A stretch of 64,000 bases of DNA, from NCBI RefSeq assembly GCF_009914755.1, contig NC_060934.1; one strand, written 5' to 3'. Under the pieces are notes generated by a model. That model was given only the letters and a program-made list of their open reading frames with translations. It had not been told where the DNA came from and did no database searches. Made by a program: the position numbers and the translations under genes. Below are positions 1-12,800 of the stretch, piece after piece (position 1 is the first letter of the stretch; each line of letters starts with the position of its first letter). This DNA comes from the human T2T-CHM13v2.0 reference genome, Homo sapiens.

Positions 1-1651
1 TCTTTGTGATGTGTGAGTTCAACTCACAGAGTAGAATCTTCCTTTTGATACAGCAGATTTGGAAACACTCTTTTTGAAGAATTTCCAAGTGGATATTTAG
101 AGTGCTTTGAATCCTATGGTAGAAAGGGAAATATCTTCATATAAAAACTAGACAGAATCACTCCCAGAAACTACTTTGTGATGTGTGCGTTCAACTCACA
201 GAGTCTAACCTTTTTTTTGATAGAGCAGTTTTGAAACACTCTGTTTGTAAAGTCTGCATCTGGATATTTGGATCGCTTTGAGGTTTTCTTTGGAAACTGG
301 AATATCTTCACATAAAAAGTAGACAGAAGTATTCTCAGAATCTTATTTGTGATGTCTGTACTCAACTCACAGAGATGAAACTTCCTTTTGATAGAGCAGT
401 TTTGAAACACTCTTTTTGTATAATTTGCAAGTGGATATTTAGAGCGCTTTGGGTCCTGTGGTAGAAAAGGAAATATGTTCGTAGAAAAACTACACAGAAG
501 CATTCTCAGAAACTACTTTGTGACGTGTGCATTCAAATCACTGAGTTTAAACTTTCTTTTGATAGAGCAGTTTGTAACACTCTTTTTGTAGAATTTGCAA
601 GTGAGTATTTAGAGCGCTTTGAGGCCTGTGATAGAAAAGGAAATATCTTCAAATAAAAACTAGATAGAAGCATTCTCAGAAACTACTTTGTGATGTTTGC
701 TTTTAACTCACACAGTTGAACATTCCTCTTGATAGAGCAGTTTTGGAAAACTCTGATTGTAAATTCTGCAAGTGGATATTTGGAGCACTTTGAGGACTTC
801 TTTGGAAACGGGAGTACCTTCACATAAAAAGTAGACAGAAGTATTCTCAGAAACTTCCTTGTGACGTCTGCACTCAACTCACAGAGTTGAACCTTCCTTT
901 TAATAGAGCAGTTTTGAAGCACTCTTTTTGTAGAATTTGAAAGTGGATATTTAGAGCACTTTGGGGCCTATGGTAGAAAAGGAAATATCTTCATAGAAAA
1001 AATACATGGAAGCATTCTCAGAAACTACTTTGTGATGTTTGCATTCAACTCACAGAGTTGAACATCCTTTTGATAGAGCAGTTTTGAAACACTCTTTTTG
1101 TAGAATCTGCAAGTGGATATTTGGACCTCTTTGAGGACTTCGTTGGAACCAAGAATTTCTTCATAAAAAAACAAGACAGAATAATTCTCAGAAACTTTTT
1201 TGTGATGTGTGCATTCAACTCACAGAGTTGAACTTTCCTTTCAATAGAGCAGTTTTGAAACACTCTTTTTGTAGAATTTCCAAGTGGATATTTAGGACGC
1301 TTAGAGGCCTATGTTAGAAAATAAAATATCTTCATATAAAAACTAGACAGAATCATTCTCAGAAACTAATTTGTGATGTGCACGTTCAACTCACTGACTT
1401 TAACCTTTCTTTTGAAAGAGCTGTTTTGAAACACTGTTTTTGTAGAATTTGCAAGTGTGAATTTAGAGCGCTTTTAGGCCTATGGTAGAAAAGGAAATAT
1501 CTTCACAGAAAAACTAGACAGAAGCATTGTCAGAAGCTACTTTCTGATGTTTACATTTTAACTCACAGAGTTGAACATTCCTCTTGACAGAGCAGTTTTT
1601 AAACACTCTTTTTGTAGTATCTGTAAGTGGATACTTCGACCTCTTTGAGGC

Positions 1652-1668
1652 CTTCGTTGGAAACGGGA
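1652..1668 (+). promoter_or_regulatory. Canonical CENP-B box in the SF5-like layer
   Basis: Exact CTTCGTTGGAAACGGGA. Confidence 0.95.
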
Positions 1669-4201
1669 TTTCTTCATATAAAACTAGACTGACAATTTCT
1701 CAGAAACTTCTTTTGGATGTGTGCATTCAACTGACAGAATTGAAACTTCCTTTTGATAGAGCAGATTTCAAACACTCTTTTTGTAGAATTTCCAAGTGGA
1801 TATTTAGAGCGCTTTGAATCCTGTGGTAGAAAAGGAAATATCTTCATATAAAAACTAGACAGAATCATTCCCAGAAACTAGTTTGTGATGTGTGCGTTAA
1901 ACTCACAGACTTTAAACTTTCTTTGGATAGAGCAGTTTTGAAACACTCTGTTTGTAAAGTCTGCAATTGAATATTTGGAGCGCTTTGAGGCCTTCTTTGG
2001 AAACTGGAGTATCTTCACATAAAAAGTAGACAGAAGTATTCTCAGAAACATCCTTGTGATGTCTGCACTCAACCCACAGACTTGAACATTCCTTTTGATA
2101 GAGCAGTTTTGTAACATTCTTTTTGAAAAATCTGCAAGTGGATATTGGGGCCTCTTTGAGGCCTTCATTGGAACCGGGAATTTCTTCATATAAAAACTAG
2201 ACAGAAGAATTCTCAGAAACTTCTTTGTGATGTGTGCATTCAATTCACAGAGTTGAACGTTCCTTTCGATAGAGCAGTTTTGAAACACTCTTTTTGTAGA
2301 ATTTTCAAGTGGGTACTAAGGGCGCTTTGAGGCCTATGATAGAAAAGGAAATATCTTCATTAAAAACAAGACAGAAATATTCTCAGAAACCACTTTGTGA
2401 TGTGCACTTTCAACTCACTGAGTATAACCTTTCTTTTGAAAGAGCAGTTTTGAAACACTCTATTTGTAGAATTTGCAAGTGTGAATTTAGAGCGCTTTGA
2501 GGCCCATGGTAGAAAAGAAAATATCTTCACATAAAAACTAGACAGAAGCATTCTCAGAAACTACTTTGTGATGTTTGCATTCAACTCCCAGAGTTCAACA
2601 TTCCTCTTGATAGAGCAGTTTTGAAACACTCGGTTTGTAGAATCTGCTGGTGGGTATTTGGTCCTCTTTGAGGCCTTCGCTGGAAACAGGGTTTCTTTAT
2701 ATAAAAGTAGACAGAAGAATTCTCAGAAAATTCTTTGTGACGTGTGCATTCAACTCACAGTGTTGAATCTTCCTTTTGATAGAGCAGATTTGAAACACTC
2801 TTTTTGTAGAATTTCCAAGTGGATATTTAGAGCGCTTTGAATTCTATGGTAGAAAAGGAAATATCTTCATATAAAAACTAGACAGAATCATTCCCAGAAA
2901 CTACCTTGTGATGTGTGCCTTTGACTCACAGAGTTTAACCTTTCTTTGATAGAGCAGTTTTGAAACATTCTGTTTGTAAAGTCTGCATCTGGATATTTTG
3001 AGTGCTTTGAGGTTTTCTTTGGAAACGGGAATATCTTCACATGAAAAGTAGACAGAAGTATTCTCAGAAACTTATTTGTGATGTCTGTACTCAACTCACA
3101 GAGGTGAGCGTTCCCTTTGATAGAGCAGGTTTGAAACACTCTTTTTGTAGTGTTTGCAACTCGATATTTAGAGCGCCTTGAGGCCTATTTTACAAAAGGA
3201 AATATCTTCATATAAAAACTAGACAGAATCATTCTCAGAGACTATTTTGTGATGTGTGCGTTCAAGTCACAGAGTTTAACCTTTCTTTTGATAGAGCAGT
3301 TTTGAAACCCTCTGATGTAAAGTCTGCAAGGGGATATTTGGAGGGCTTTTAGGCCTTCCTGGAAACGGGAGAATCTTCACATAAAAAGCAGACAGAAGCA
3401 TTCTCAGAAATTTCCTTGTGATGTCTGCACTCAACTCACAGAGTTGAACCTTCCTTTTGATAGAGCAGTTTTGAAACACCCTTTTTGTAGTACTTGCAAG
3501 TGGATATTTAGAGCGCTTTGGGGCCAATGGTAGAAAAGAAAATATCTTCGTAGAAAAACTACACAGAAGCTTTCTCAGATACCACATTGTGATGTTTGCA
3601 TTCAGCTCACAGACATGAACATTCCTTTTGATAGAGCAGTTTTGTAACACTCTTTTTGTAGATCTGGAAGAGCATATATGGACCACTTTGAGGCCTTCAT
3701 TGGAACCGGGCATTTCTTCATGAAAATCTAGTCAGAATTCTCAGAAATTCCTTGTGATGTGTGCATTCAACTCACAGAGTTGAACGTTCCTTTCAATAAA
3801 GCAGTTTTGAAACATTTTTATTGTAGAATGTCCAAGTGGATATTTAGGGCGCCTTGAGGCCTATGGTAGAAAAGGAAATATCTTCATATAAAAAGTAGAC
3901 AGAATTATTCTCACAAACCACATGGTGACGTGCGTGTTCAACTCACTGAGTTTAACTTTTCTTTTGATAGAGCAGTTTTGAAACACCCTTTTTGTAGAAT
4001 TTGCAAGTGTGTATTTGGAGCGCTTTGTGGCCTATGTTAGAGTAGTAAATATCTTCACATAAAAACTAGATAGAAGCAATCTCAGAAACTACTTTGTGAT
4101 GTTTGCATTCAACTCACAGAGTTCAACATTCCTCTTGATAGAGCGGTTTTGAAACACTCTTTTGTAGAATCTGCAATTGTATATATGGAACTCTTTGAGG
4201 C

Positions 4202-4218
4202 CTTCGTTGGAAACGGGA
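4202..4218 (+). promoter_or_regulatory. Canonical CENP-B box in the SF5-like layer
   Basis: Exact CTTCGTTGGAAACGGGA. Confidence 0.95.
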
Positions 4219-4712
4219 TCTCCTCATATAAAACTAGATGGAAGAATTCTCAGAAACTTCTTTGTGATATGTGCATTCAACTCACAGATATGAACATTCT
4301 TTTTGATATAGCAGATTTGAAACACTCTTTTTGTAGAATTTCCAAGTGGATATTTAGAGCGCTTTGAATCCTATGGTAGAAGAGGAAATATCTTCATATA
4401 AAAACTAGACAGAATCATTCCCAGAAACCACTTTGTGATGTGTGCATTCAACCCACAGAGTTGAACCTTTCTTTTGATAGAGAGGTTTTGAAACACTCTT
4501 TTTGTAGAATCTACATGTGGACATTTGGAGCACTTGGAGGCCTATGGTGATAAAGGAAATATCTTCACATAAAAACTAGACAGAAGCATTCTCAGAAACC
4601 AATTTGTGATATTTGCATTCAACTCACAGAGTTGAACATTCCCCTTGATAGTGCAGATTTGAAACCCTCTTTTTGTAGAATCTGCAAGTGGATATTTGGA
4701 CGTCTTTGAGGC

Positions 4713-4729
4713 CTTCGTTGGAAACGGGA
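4713..4729 (+). promoter_or_regulatory. Canonical CENP-B box in the SF5-like layer
   Basis: Exact CTTCGTTGGAAACGGGA. Confidence 0.95.
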
Positions 4730-6849
4730 TTTCTTTATATAAAACTAGACAGAAGAATTCTCAGAAACATCTTTGTGATGTGTGCATTCAACTCACAGAG
4801 ATGAACTTTCCTTTTGCTAGAGCAGATTTGAAACACTCTTTTTTTACGGTTTCCTAGTGGATATTTAGAGCGCTTTGAATCTTATGGTAGAAAAGGAAAT
4901 ATCTTCTTATAAAACTAGGCAGAATCATTCTCAGAAACTACTTTGTGACGTAGTTGGGCCACTTTGGGGCCTACGGTAGAGAAGGAAATATCCTGGTAGA
5001 AAAACTACACAGAATCATTCGCAGAAACCACATTGTGATGTTTGCAATCAACTCACAGAGTTGAACATTCCTTTTGATAGAGCAGATTTTTAACACTCTT
5101 TTTGTAGTATTTACAGGTGGATATTTGGACCTCTCTGAGGCCTTCGTTGGAACAGGGAATTTCTTGATAAATAAACTAGACAGAATTCTCAGAAACTTCT
5201 TTTGATGTGTGCATTCAACTCACAGAGTTGAAAGTTCCTTTCAATAGAACAGTTTTGAAACATTCTTTCTGTAGAATTTCCAAGTGGATATTTAGGACGC
5301 TTTGACGCCTATGGTAGAACAGGAAATATTTTCCTATAAAATCTAGACAGACTCATTCTCAGAAACTACTTTGTGATGTGTGCTTTCAACTCACTGATTT
5401 TAACGTTTCTTTTGATAGAGCAGTTTTGAAACATTCTATTTGTAGAATTTGCAAGCGTGTATTTAGAGTGCTTTGAGGCCTACGGTAGAAAAGGAAATAT
5501 CTTCACAAAAAACTAGACCGAAGCATTATCAGAAACTACTTTGTGATGTTTGCATTCAACTCACAGATTTGAACATTCCTCTTGATAGAGCAGTTTTGAC
5601 ACACTCTTTTTGCAGAATCTGCAAGTGGATATTTGGACTTCTTTGAGGCATTCGTTGGAAACAGGAATTCTTCAAATAAAACTAGACAGAACAATTCTCA
5701 GAAACTTCTTTGTGATGTGTGCATTCAAATCACAGTGATGAGCCTTCCTTTTTGATAGAGCAGATTTGAAACACTCTATTTCTAGAATTTCCAATTGGAT
5801 ATTAAGGGCGCATTTAGGCCTATCGTAGAAATGGAAATATCTTCATATAAAAACTAGACAGAATCATTCTCAGAAACTATTTTGTGAAGTCTGCATTCAA
5901 CTCACTGAGTTTAGCCTCTCTTTTTATAGGGCAGTTTTGAAACACTCGTTTTGTTGAATTTGCAAGTGGAGATTAAAGCGCTTTGAGGCCGATGGTAGAA
6001 AAGGAAAGATCTTCACATAAAAACTAGACAGAAGATTTTTCAGAAACTATTTGTGATGTGTGCGTTCAACTCAGAAAGTTTAACTTTTCTTTTGAAAGAG
6101 CAGTTTTGAATCACTCTGCTTGTAAAGTCTGCATCTGGATATTTGGAGTGCTTTGAGATTTTGTTGGAAACGGGAATATCTTCACATAAAAAGGAGACAG
6201 AGGTTTTCCCAGAATCTTCTTTGTGATGTCTGTACTCAACTCACAGAGGTGAACCTTCCTTTTGATAGAACAGTTTCGAAACACTCTTTTTGTGGGGTTT
6301 GCAAGTGGATATTAAGAACGCTTTGTGGGCTATGATAGAAAAGGAAATATCTTCATATAAAAAATACACAGAATCATTCTCAGAAACTACTTGGTGATGT
6401 GTTCGTTCTACTCAGAGGGTTTAAACTTTCCTTTGACAGAGCAGTTTTGAAACCCTGTTTGTAAAGTCTGCAAGAGGATGTTTGGAGGGCTTTGAGGCCT
6501 TCTTTGGAAACGCGAGTATCTTCACATAAAAAGCAGAGAGAAGTATTCTCAGAAACTTCCTTGTGATGTCTGCACTCAACTCAAAAAGTTAGACTTTCCT
6601 TTAGATAGAGAAGTTTCGAAACCCTCCTTTTGTGGAATTTGCAAGTGGATATATAAAGCGATTTGAGTCCTATGGTAGAAAAGCAATTATCTTCATAAAA
6701 AAAACAGATAGATTCATTCTCAAAAATTACTTTGGGATGTTTTCATTCAACTCACACAGTTCAACATTCCTTTTGATACAGCTGTTTTGAAACACTCCTT
6801 TTGTAGAAGCTGTAAGTGGATATCTGGAACTTTTTGAGGCCTTCGTTGG

Positions 6850-9800
6850 AAACGGGATTTCTTCATATAAAGCTAGACAGAAGAATGTTATGAAAGTTCT
6901 TTGTGATGTGTGTATTCAACTCACAGAGTTTAACTTTTCTTTTGATAGACCAGTTTTGAAAGACTTTTTTTGTGGAAATTGCAAGTGGGGATTTCAAGCG
7001 ATTTGAGGCCAATCTTAGAAACGGAAATATCTTTGTATAAAACCTAGACAGAATCATTCTCAAAAACTACTTTGTGATGTGTGTGTTCAACTCACAGAGT
7101 TTAACCTTTCTTTTCATAGAGCAGTTTGGAAACACTCTGATTGTAAAGTCTGCAAGTGGATATTTGGACCTCTTTGAGGCCTTCGTTGGAAACGGGATTT
7201 CTTTATATAATGATAGATAGAAGAATTCTCAGTAACTTCTTTGTGTTGTGTGTATTCAACTCACAGAGTTGAAACTTCCTTTAGAGAGAGCTGATTTGAA
7301 ACACTCTTTTTGTGGAATTTGCAAGTGCAGATTTGAAGCGATTTGATGCTAATGGTAGAAAAGGAAATACCTTCGTATAAAAATTAGACAGAATGATTCT
7401 CAGAAACTACTTTGTGATGTGTGCATTCAACTCACAGAGTTTAACTTTTCTTTTCATAGATAAGTTTGGAAACACTCTGTTTGTAAAGTCTGCAAGTGGA
7501 TATTTGGACCTCTTTGAGGCCTTCGTTGGAAACGGGTTTTCTTCATATAATGCTAGACAGAAGAATTCTCAGTAACTTCTTTGTGTTGTGAGTATTCAAC
7601 TCACAGAGTTGAACATTCCTTTAGACACAGCAGATTTGAAACTCTCTTCTTGTGGAATTTTCAGGTGGAGATTTCAAGCGATTTGAGGCCAATGGTAGAA
7701 AAGGACATATCTTCGTATAAAAACTAGACAGAATCATTCTCAGAAACTGCTTTGTGATGTGTGCATTCAACTCACAGAGTTTAACCTTTCTTTTCTTAGA
7801 GCAGTTTGGAAACAGTCTGTTTGTAAAGTCTGCAAGTGGATATTTGGACCTCTTTGAGGCCCTCGTTGGAAACGAGATATCTTCATATAATGCTAGACAG
7901 AAGAATTCTCAGTAACTTCTTTGTGTTGTGTGTATTCAACTCACAGAGTTGAACCTTTCTTTAGACAGACCAGATTTGAAACTCTCTTTCTGTGGATTTT
8001 GCAGGTGGAGATTTCAAGCGATTTGAGGCCAATGGTAGAAATGGAAATATCTTCGTATACAAACAAGACAAAATCGTTCTCAGAAACTACTTTGTGATGT
8101 GGGCATTCAACTCACAGAGTTCAACATTTCTTTTCATAGACCAGTTCGGAAACACCCTGTTTGTAAAGTCAGGAAGTGAATATTTGGACATCTTTGAGGC
8201 TTTCGCAGGAAACGAGATTTCTTCATATAATGCTAGACAGAAGAATTCTCAGTAACTTCTTTGTGTTCTGGGTATTCAACTCACAGAGTTGAACCTTCCT
8301 TTAGACACAGCAGATTTGAAACTCTCTTTTTGTGGAATTATCAGGTTGAGATTTCAAGCGATTTGAGGCCAATGGTAGAAAAGGACATATCTTCATATAA
8401 AAACTAGACAGAATCATTCTCAGAAACTACTTTGCGATGTGTGCGTTCAACTCACAGAGTTTGAACGTTCTTTTCATAGAACAGTTTGGAAACACTTTGT
8501 TTGTAAAGTCTGCAAGTGGATACTTGGACCACTTTCAGGCCTCCGTTAGAAACGGGATTGCTTCATATAATGCTAGACAGAAGATTTCTCAGTAACTTCT
8601 TTGTGTTGTGTGTATTCAACTCACAGAGTTGAAACTTTCTTAAGACAGAGCAGATTTGAAACTCTCTTTTCGTGGCTTTTGAAAGTGGAGATTTCAAGCG
8701 ATTTGAGGCCAATGGTGGAAAAGGAAATATCTTCGTATAAAAACTAGACAGAATCATTCTCAGAAACTACTTTGCAATGTGCGCATTGAACTCCAGAGTT
8801 TAACCGTTCTTTTCATAGAACAGTTTGGAAACACTCTGTTCGTAAATTCTGCAAGTGGATATTTGGACCTCTTTGAGGCCTTCGTTGGAAAAGGGATTTC
8901 TTCATATAATGCTAGACAGAAGAATTCTCAGTAACTTCTTTGTGTTGTGTGTATTTAACTCACAGAGTTGAACTATCCTTCATACAGAGCAGTTTTGAAA
9001 CTCTCTTTTTGTTAAATTTGCAAGAGGAGATTTCAAGCGATTTGAGGCCAATCTTAGAAATCGAAATATTTTCATATAAAAACTAGACAGAATCATTCAC
9101 AGAAACTATTTTGTGATGTGTGCGTTCAACTCAAAGAGTTTAACCTTTCTTTTCATAGAGCAGTTGGGAAACTCTCTCTTTGTAAAGTCTGCAAGTGGAT
9201 ATTTGGACCTATTTGAGGCCTTCGTTGGAAACGGGATTTCTTCATATAATGCTAGACAGAAAAATTGTCAGTAACTTCTTTGTGTTGTGTGTATTCAACT
9301 CACAGAGTTGAACAGTTCTTTAGACAGAGCAGATTTGAAACTCTCTTTTCGTGCCTTTTGCAAGTGGAGATTTCAAGCTATTTGAGGCCAATGGTAGAAA
9401 TGTGAATATCTTCATACAAAAACTAGACAGAATCATTTTCAGAAACTACTCTGTGATGCGTCCATTCAACTCACAGAGTTTAACCTTTCTTTTCATAGAA
9501 CAGTTTAGAAACACTCTGTTTGTAAAGTCTGCAAGTGGATATTTGGACCTCTATGAGCCCTTCATTGGAAAAGGAATTTCTGCATATAAAGCTAGACAGA
9601 AGAATTCTCACTAACTTCTTTCTGTTGTTTTTATTCAACTCACAGAGTTGAACCTTTCTTTACACAGAGCAGATTGGAAACAATCTTTTCGTGGCTTTTG
9701 CAAGTGGAGATTTCAAGTGATTTGAGGCCAATGGTAGAAGAAATATCTTCGTATAAAAACTAGACAGAATCATTCTCAGAAACGACTTTGTGATGTGCGC

Positions 9801-12800
9801 GTGCAACTCGGAGAGGTTAACCTTTCTTTTCATAGAGCAGTTTGGAAAGACTCTGTCTGTAAAGTCTGCAAGTGGATATTTGGACTTCTTAGAGGCCTTC
9901 GTTGGAAACGGGATTTCTTCATATACTGCTAGACAGAAGAATTCTCAGTAACTTCTTTGTGTTGTGTGTATTCAACTCACCCAGTTGAACCTTCCTTTAT
10001 TCAGAGCAGTTTTGAAACACTCTTTTTGTGGAATTTGCAAGTGGAGATTTAAAGCAATTTGAGGCCAATCTTAGAAATAGAAATATCTTCGAATTATAAC
10101 TACACAGAATCATTCGCAGAAACTAGTTTGTGATGTGTGGGTTCAACTCACAGAGTTTAACCTTTGTTTTCACAGAGCAGTTTGGAAACACTCTATTTGT
10201 AAAGTCTGCAAGTGGGTATTTGGATCTCTTTGAGGCCTTCATTGGAATCGGGATTCCTTCAAATAATGCTAGACAGAAGAATTCTCAATAACTTCTTTGT
10301 GTTGTGTGTATTCAACTCACAGAGTTTAACCTTGCTTTACAGACAGCGTATTTGAAACACGCTTTTTGTGGGATTTGCTACTGCAGATTTCAACCGCTTC
10401 GAGGACAATGGTAGAAAAGGAAATATCTTCGTATTAAAACTAGACAAAATCATTCTCAGAAACTACTTTGTGATGTTTGCGTTCAACTCACAGAGTTCAA
10501 CCTTTCTTTTAATTGAGCAGTATGGAAACACTCACTTTGTAAAGTCTGCAAGTGGATATTTGGACGTCTTAGGTCCCTTTGTTGGAAACGGGATTTCTCC
10601 ATATAATGCTAGACAGAAGAATTCTCAGTAACTTCTTTGTGTTGTGTGTATTCAAGTCACAGAGTTGAAACTTGATTTAGAGAGAGCGGATTTGAAACAC
10701 GCTTTTTGTGGAATTTGCTACTGCAGATTTCAAGCGCTTCGAGGACAATGGTAAAAAAGGAAATATCTTCGTATTAAAAATAGACAAAATCATTCGCAGA
10801 AACTACTTTGTGATTTGTGCATTCAATTCACAGAGTTTAACCTTTCTTTTAAAAGAGCAGTTTGGAAACACTCTGTTTGTAAACTCTGCAAGTGGATATT
10901 TGGACCTCTAAAGGCCCTTCTTTGGAAACGGTATTTCTGCATATAATGATAGACAGAAGAATTCTCAGTAACTTCTTTGTGTTGTGAGTATTCAACTCTC
11001 AGAATTCAACCTTTCTTTAGACAGAGCAGATTTGAAACTCTCTTTTCGTGGTATTTGCAAGTGGAGATTTAAAGCGATTTGAGGCCAATGGTAGAAAAGG
11101 AAATATCTTTGTATAAAAACTAGACAGAATCATTCTCAGAAACTACTTTGTGTTGTGTGCGTTCAACTCACAGAGTTTAACCTTTCTTTTCATAGAGCAA
11201 TTTGGAAACACTCTGTTTGTAAATTCTGCAAATGGATAATTGGACCTCTTTGAAGCCCTCGTTGGAAACGGGCTTCCTTCAAATAATGCTAAACAGAAGA
11301 ATTCTCAGTAGATTCTTTGTATTGAGTTCATTCAACTCACAGAGTTGAACCTTCCTTTAGAGAGAGCAGATTTGAAACACGCTTTTTGTGGAATTTGCTA
11401 GTGCAGATTTCAAGCGCTTTGAGGACAATTGTAGAAGAGGAAATATCTTCATATTAAAACAAGACAAAATCATTCTCAGAAACTACTTTGTGATGTGTGC
11501 GTTTATCTCACAGAGTTTAACCTTTCTTTTCATAGAGCAGTTTGGAAACACTCTGTTTGTAATGTCTCCAAGTGGTATTTGGAGTTCTTTGAGGCCTTCG
11601 TTGGAAACGGGATTTCTTCATATTATTCTAGACAGAAGAATTCTCAGTAACTTCTTTGTGTTGTGTTTATTCAACTCACAGAGTTGAACTTTCCTTTATT
11701 CAGAGCAGTTTTGAAACACTCTTTTTGTGGAATTTGCAAGTGGAGATTTCAAGCGATTTCAGGCCAATCTTAGAAATGGAAATATCTTCGTATTAAAACT
11801 ACACTACCTCTTTTGCTGAAACTAGTTTGTGATGTGTGCGTTCAACTCACAGAGTTTAATCTTTCTTTTCATAGAGCAGTTTGGAAACACTCTGTTTGTA
11901 ATGTCTGCAAGTGGATATTTGGACCTCTTTGAGGCCTTTGTTGGAAACGGGATTTCTTCATATAATGCTAGACAGAAGAATTCTCGGTAACTTCTTTGTG
12001 TTGTGTGTATTCAACTGACAGAGTTGAACTTTCCTTTAGACAGAGCCGTTTTGGAAAACTCCTTCTGTCGAATTTACAAGTGGAGATTTCAAGCGATTTG
12101 AGGTCAATCTTTGAAATGGAAATATCTTCGTGTAAAATCTAGACAGAATCATTCTCAGAAACTACTTTGTGATATGTGCGTTCAACTCACAGAGTTTAAC
12201 CTTTCTTTTCATAGAGCAGTTTGGAAACACTCTGTGTGAAATGTCTGCAAGTGGATATTTGGACCTCTTTGAGGCCTTCTTTGGAAGCGGGTTTTCTTCA
12301 TGTAATGCTACACAGAAGAATTCTCACTAACTTCTTTGTGTTGTGTGTATTCAACTCACAGAGTTTAACCTTTCTTTAGACAGAGCAGATTTGATACTGT
12401 CTTTTCGTGGTTTTTGCAAGTGGAGATTTCAAGCGATTTTTGCCAATGGTAGAAATTTAAACATCTTCATATAAAAACTACACAGAATGATTCTCAGAAA
12501 CTACTTTGTGATGTGTGCTTTCAACTCACAGAGTTTAACTTTCCTTTCATAGACCAGTTAGGAAACACTCTGTTTGTAAATTCTGCAGGTGGATATTTGG
12601 ACCTCTATGAGCCCTTCGTTGGAAACGGTATTTCTGCATATAATGCAAGACAGAATAGTTCTCACAAACTTCTTTCTGTTGTTTTTGTTCAACTCACCGT
12701 GTTGAACCCTTCTTTAGACAGAGCACATTTGAAACTCTCTTTTCGTGGCTTTTGCAAGTGGAGACCTCAAGCGATTTGAGGCCAATGGTAGAAAAGGAAA

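Larger units (their letters stand above)
1..6850 (+). repeat. Divergent SF5-like (R1/R2) alpha satellite layer with irregular A/B order
   Basis: A and B boxes alternate irregularly (AA pairs at ~1306/1477, 2332/2503, 3859/4030, 5308/5478). Monomers have ttttgatagagcag and gtggatattt and lack the SF2 features (ggagatttcaagcg, aatgctagac). The SF5 label comes from the known irregular A/B pattern. Confidence 0.8.
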
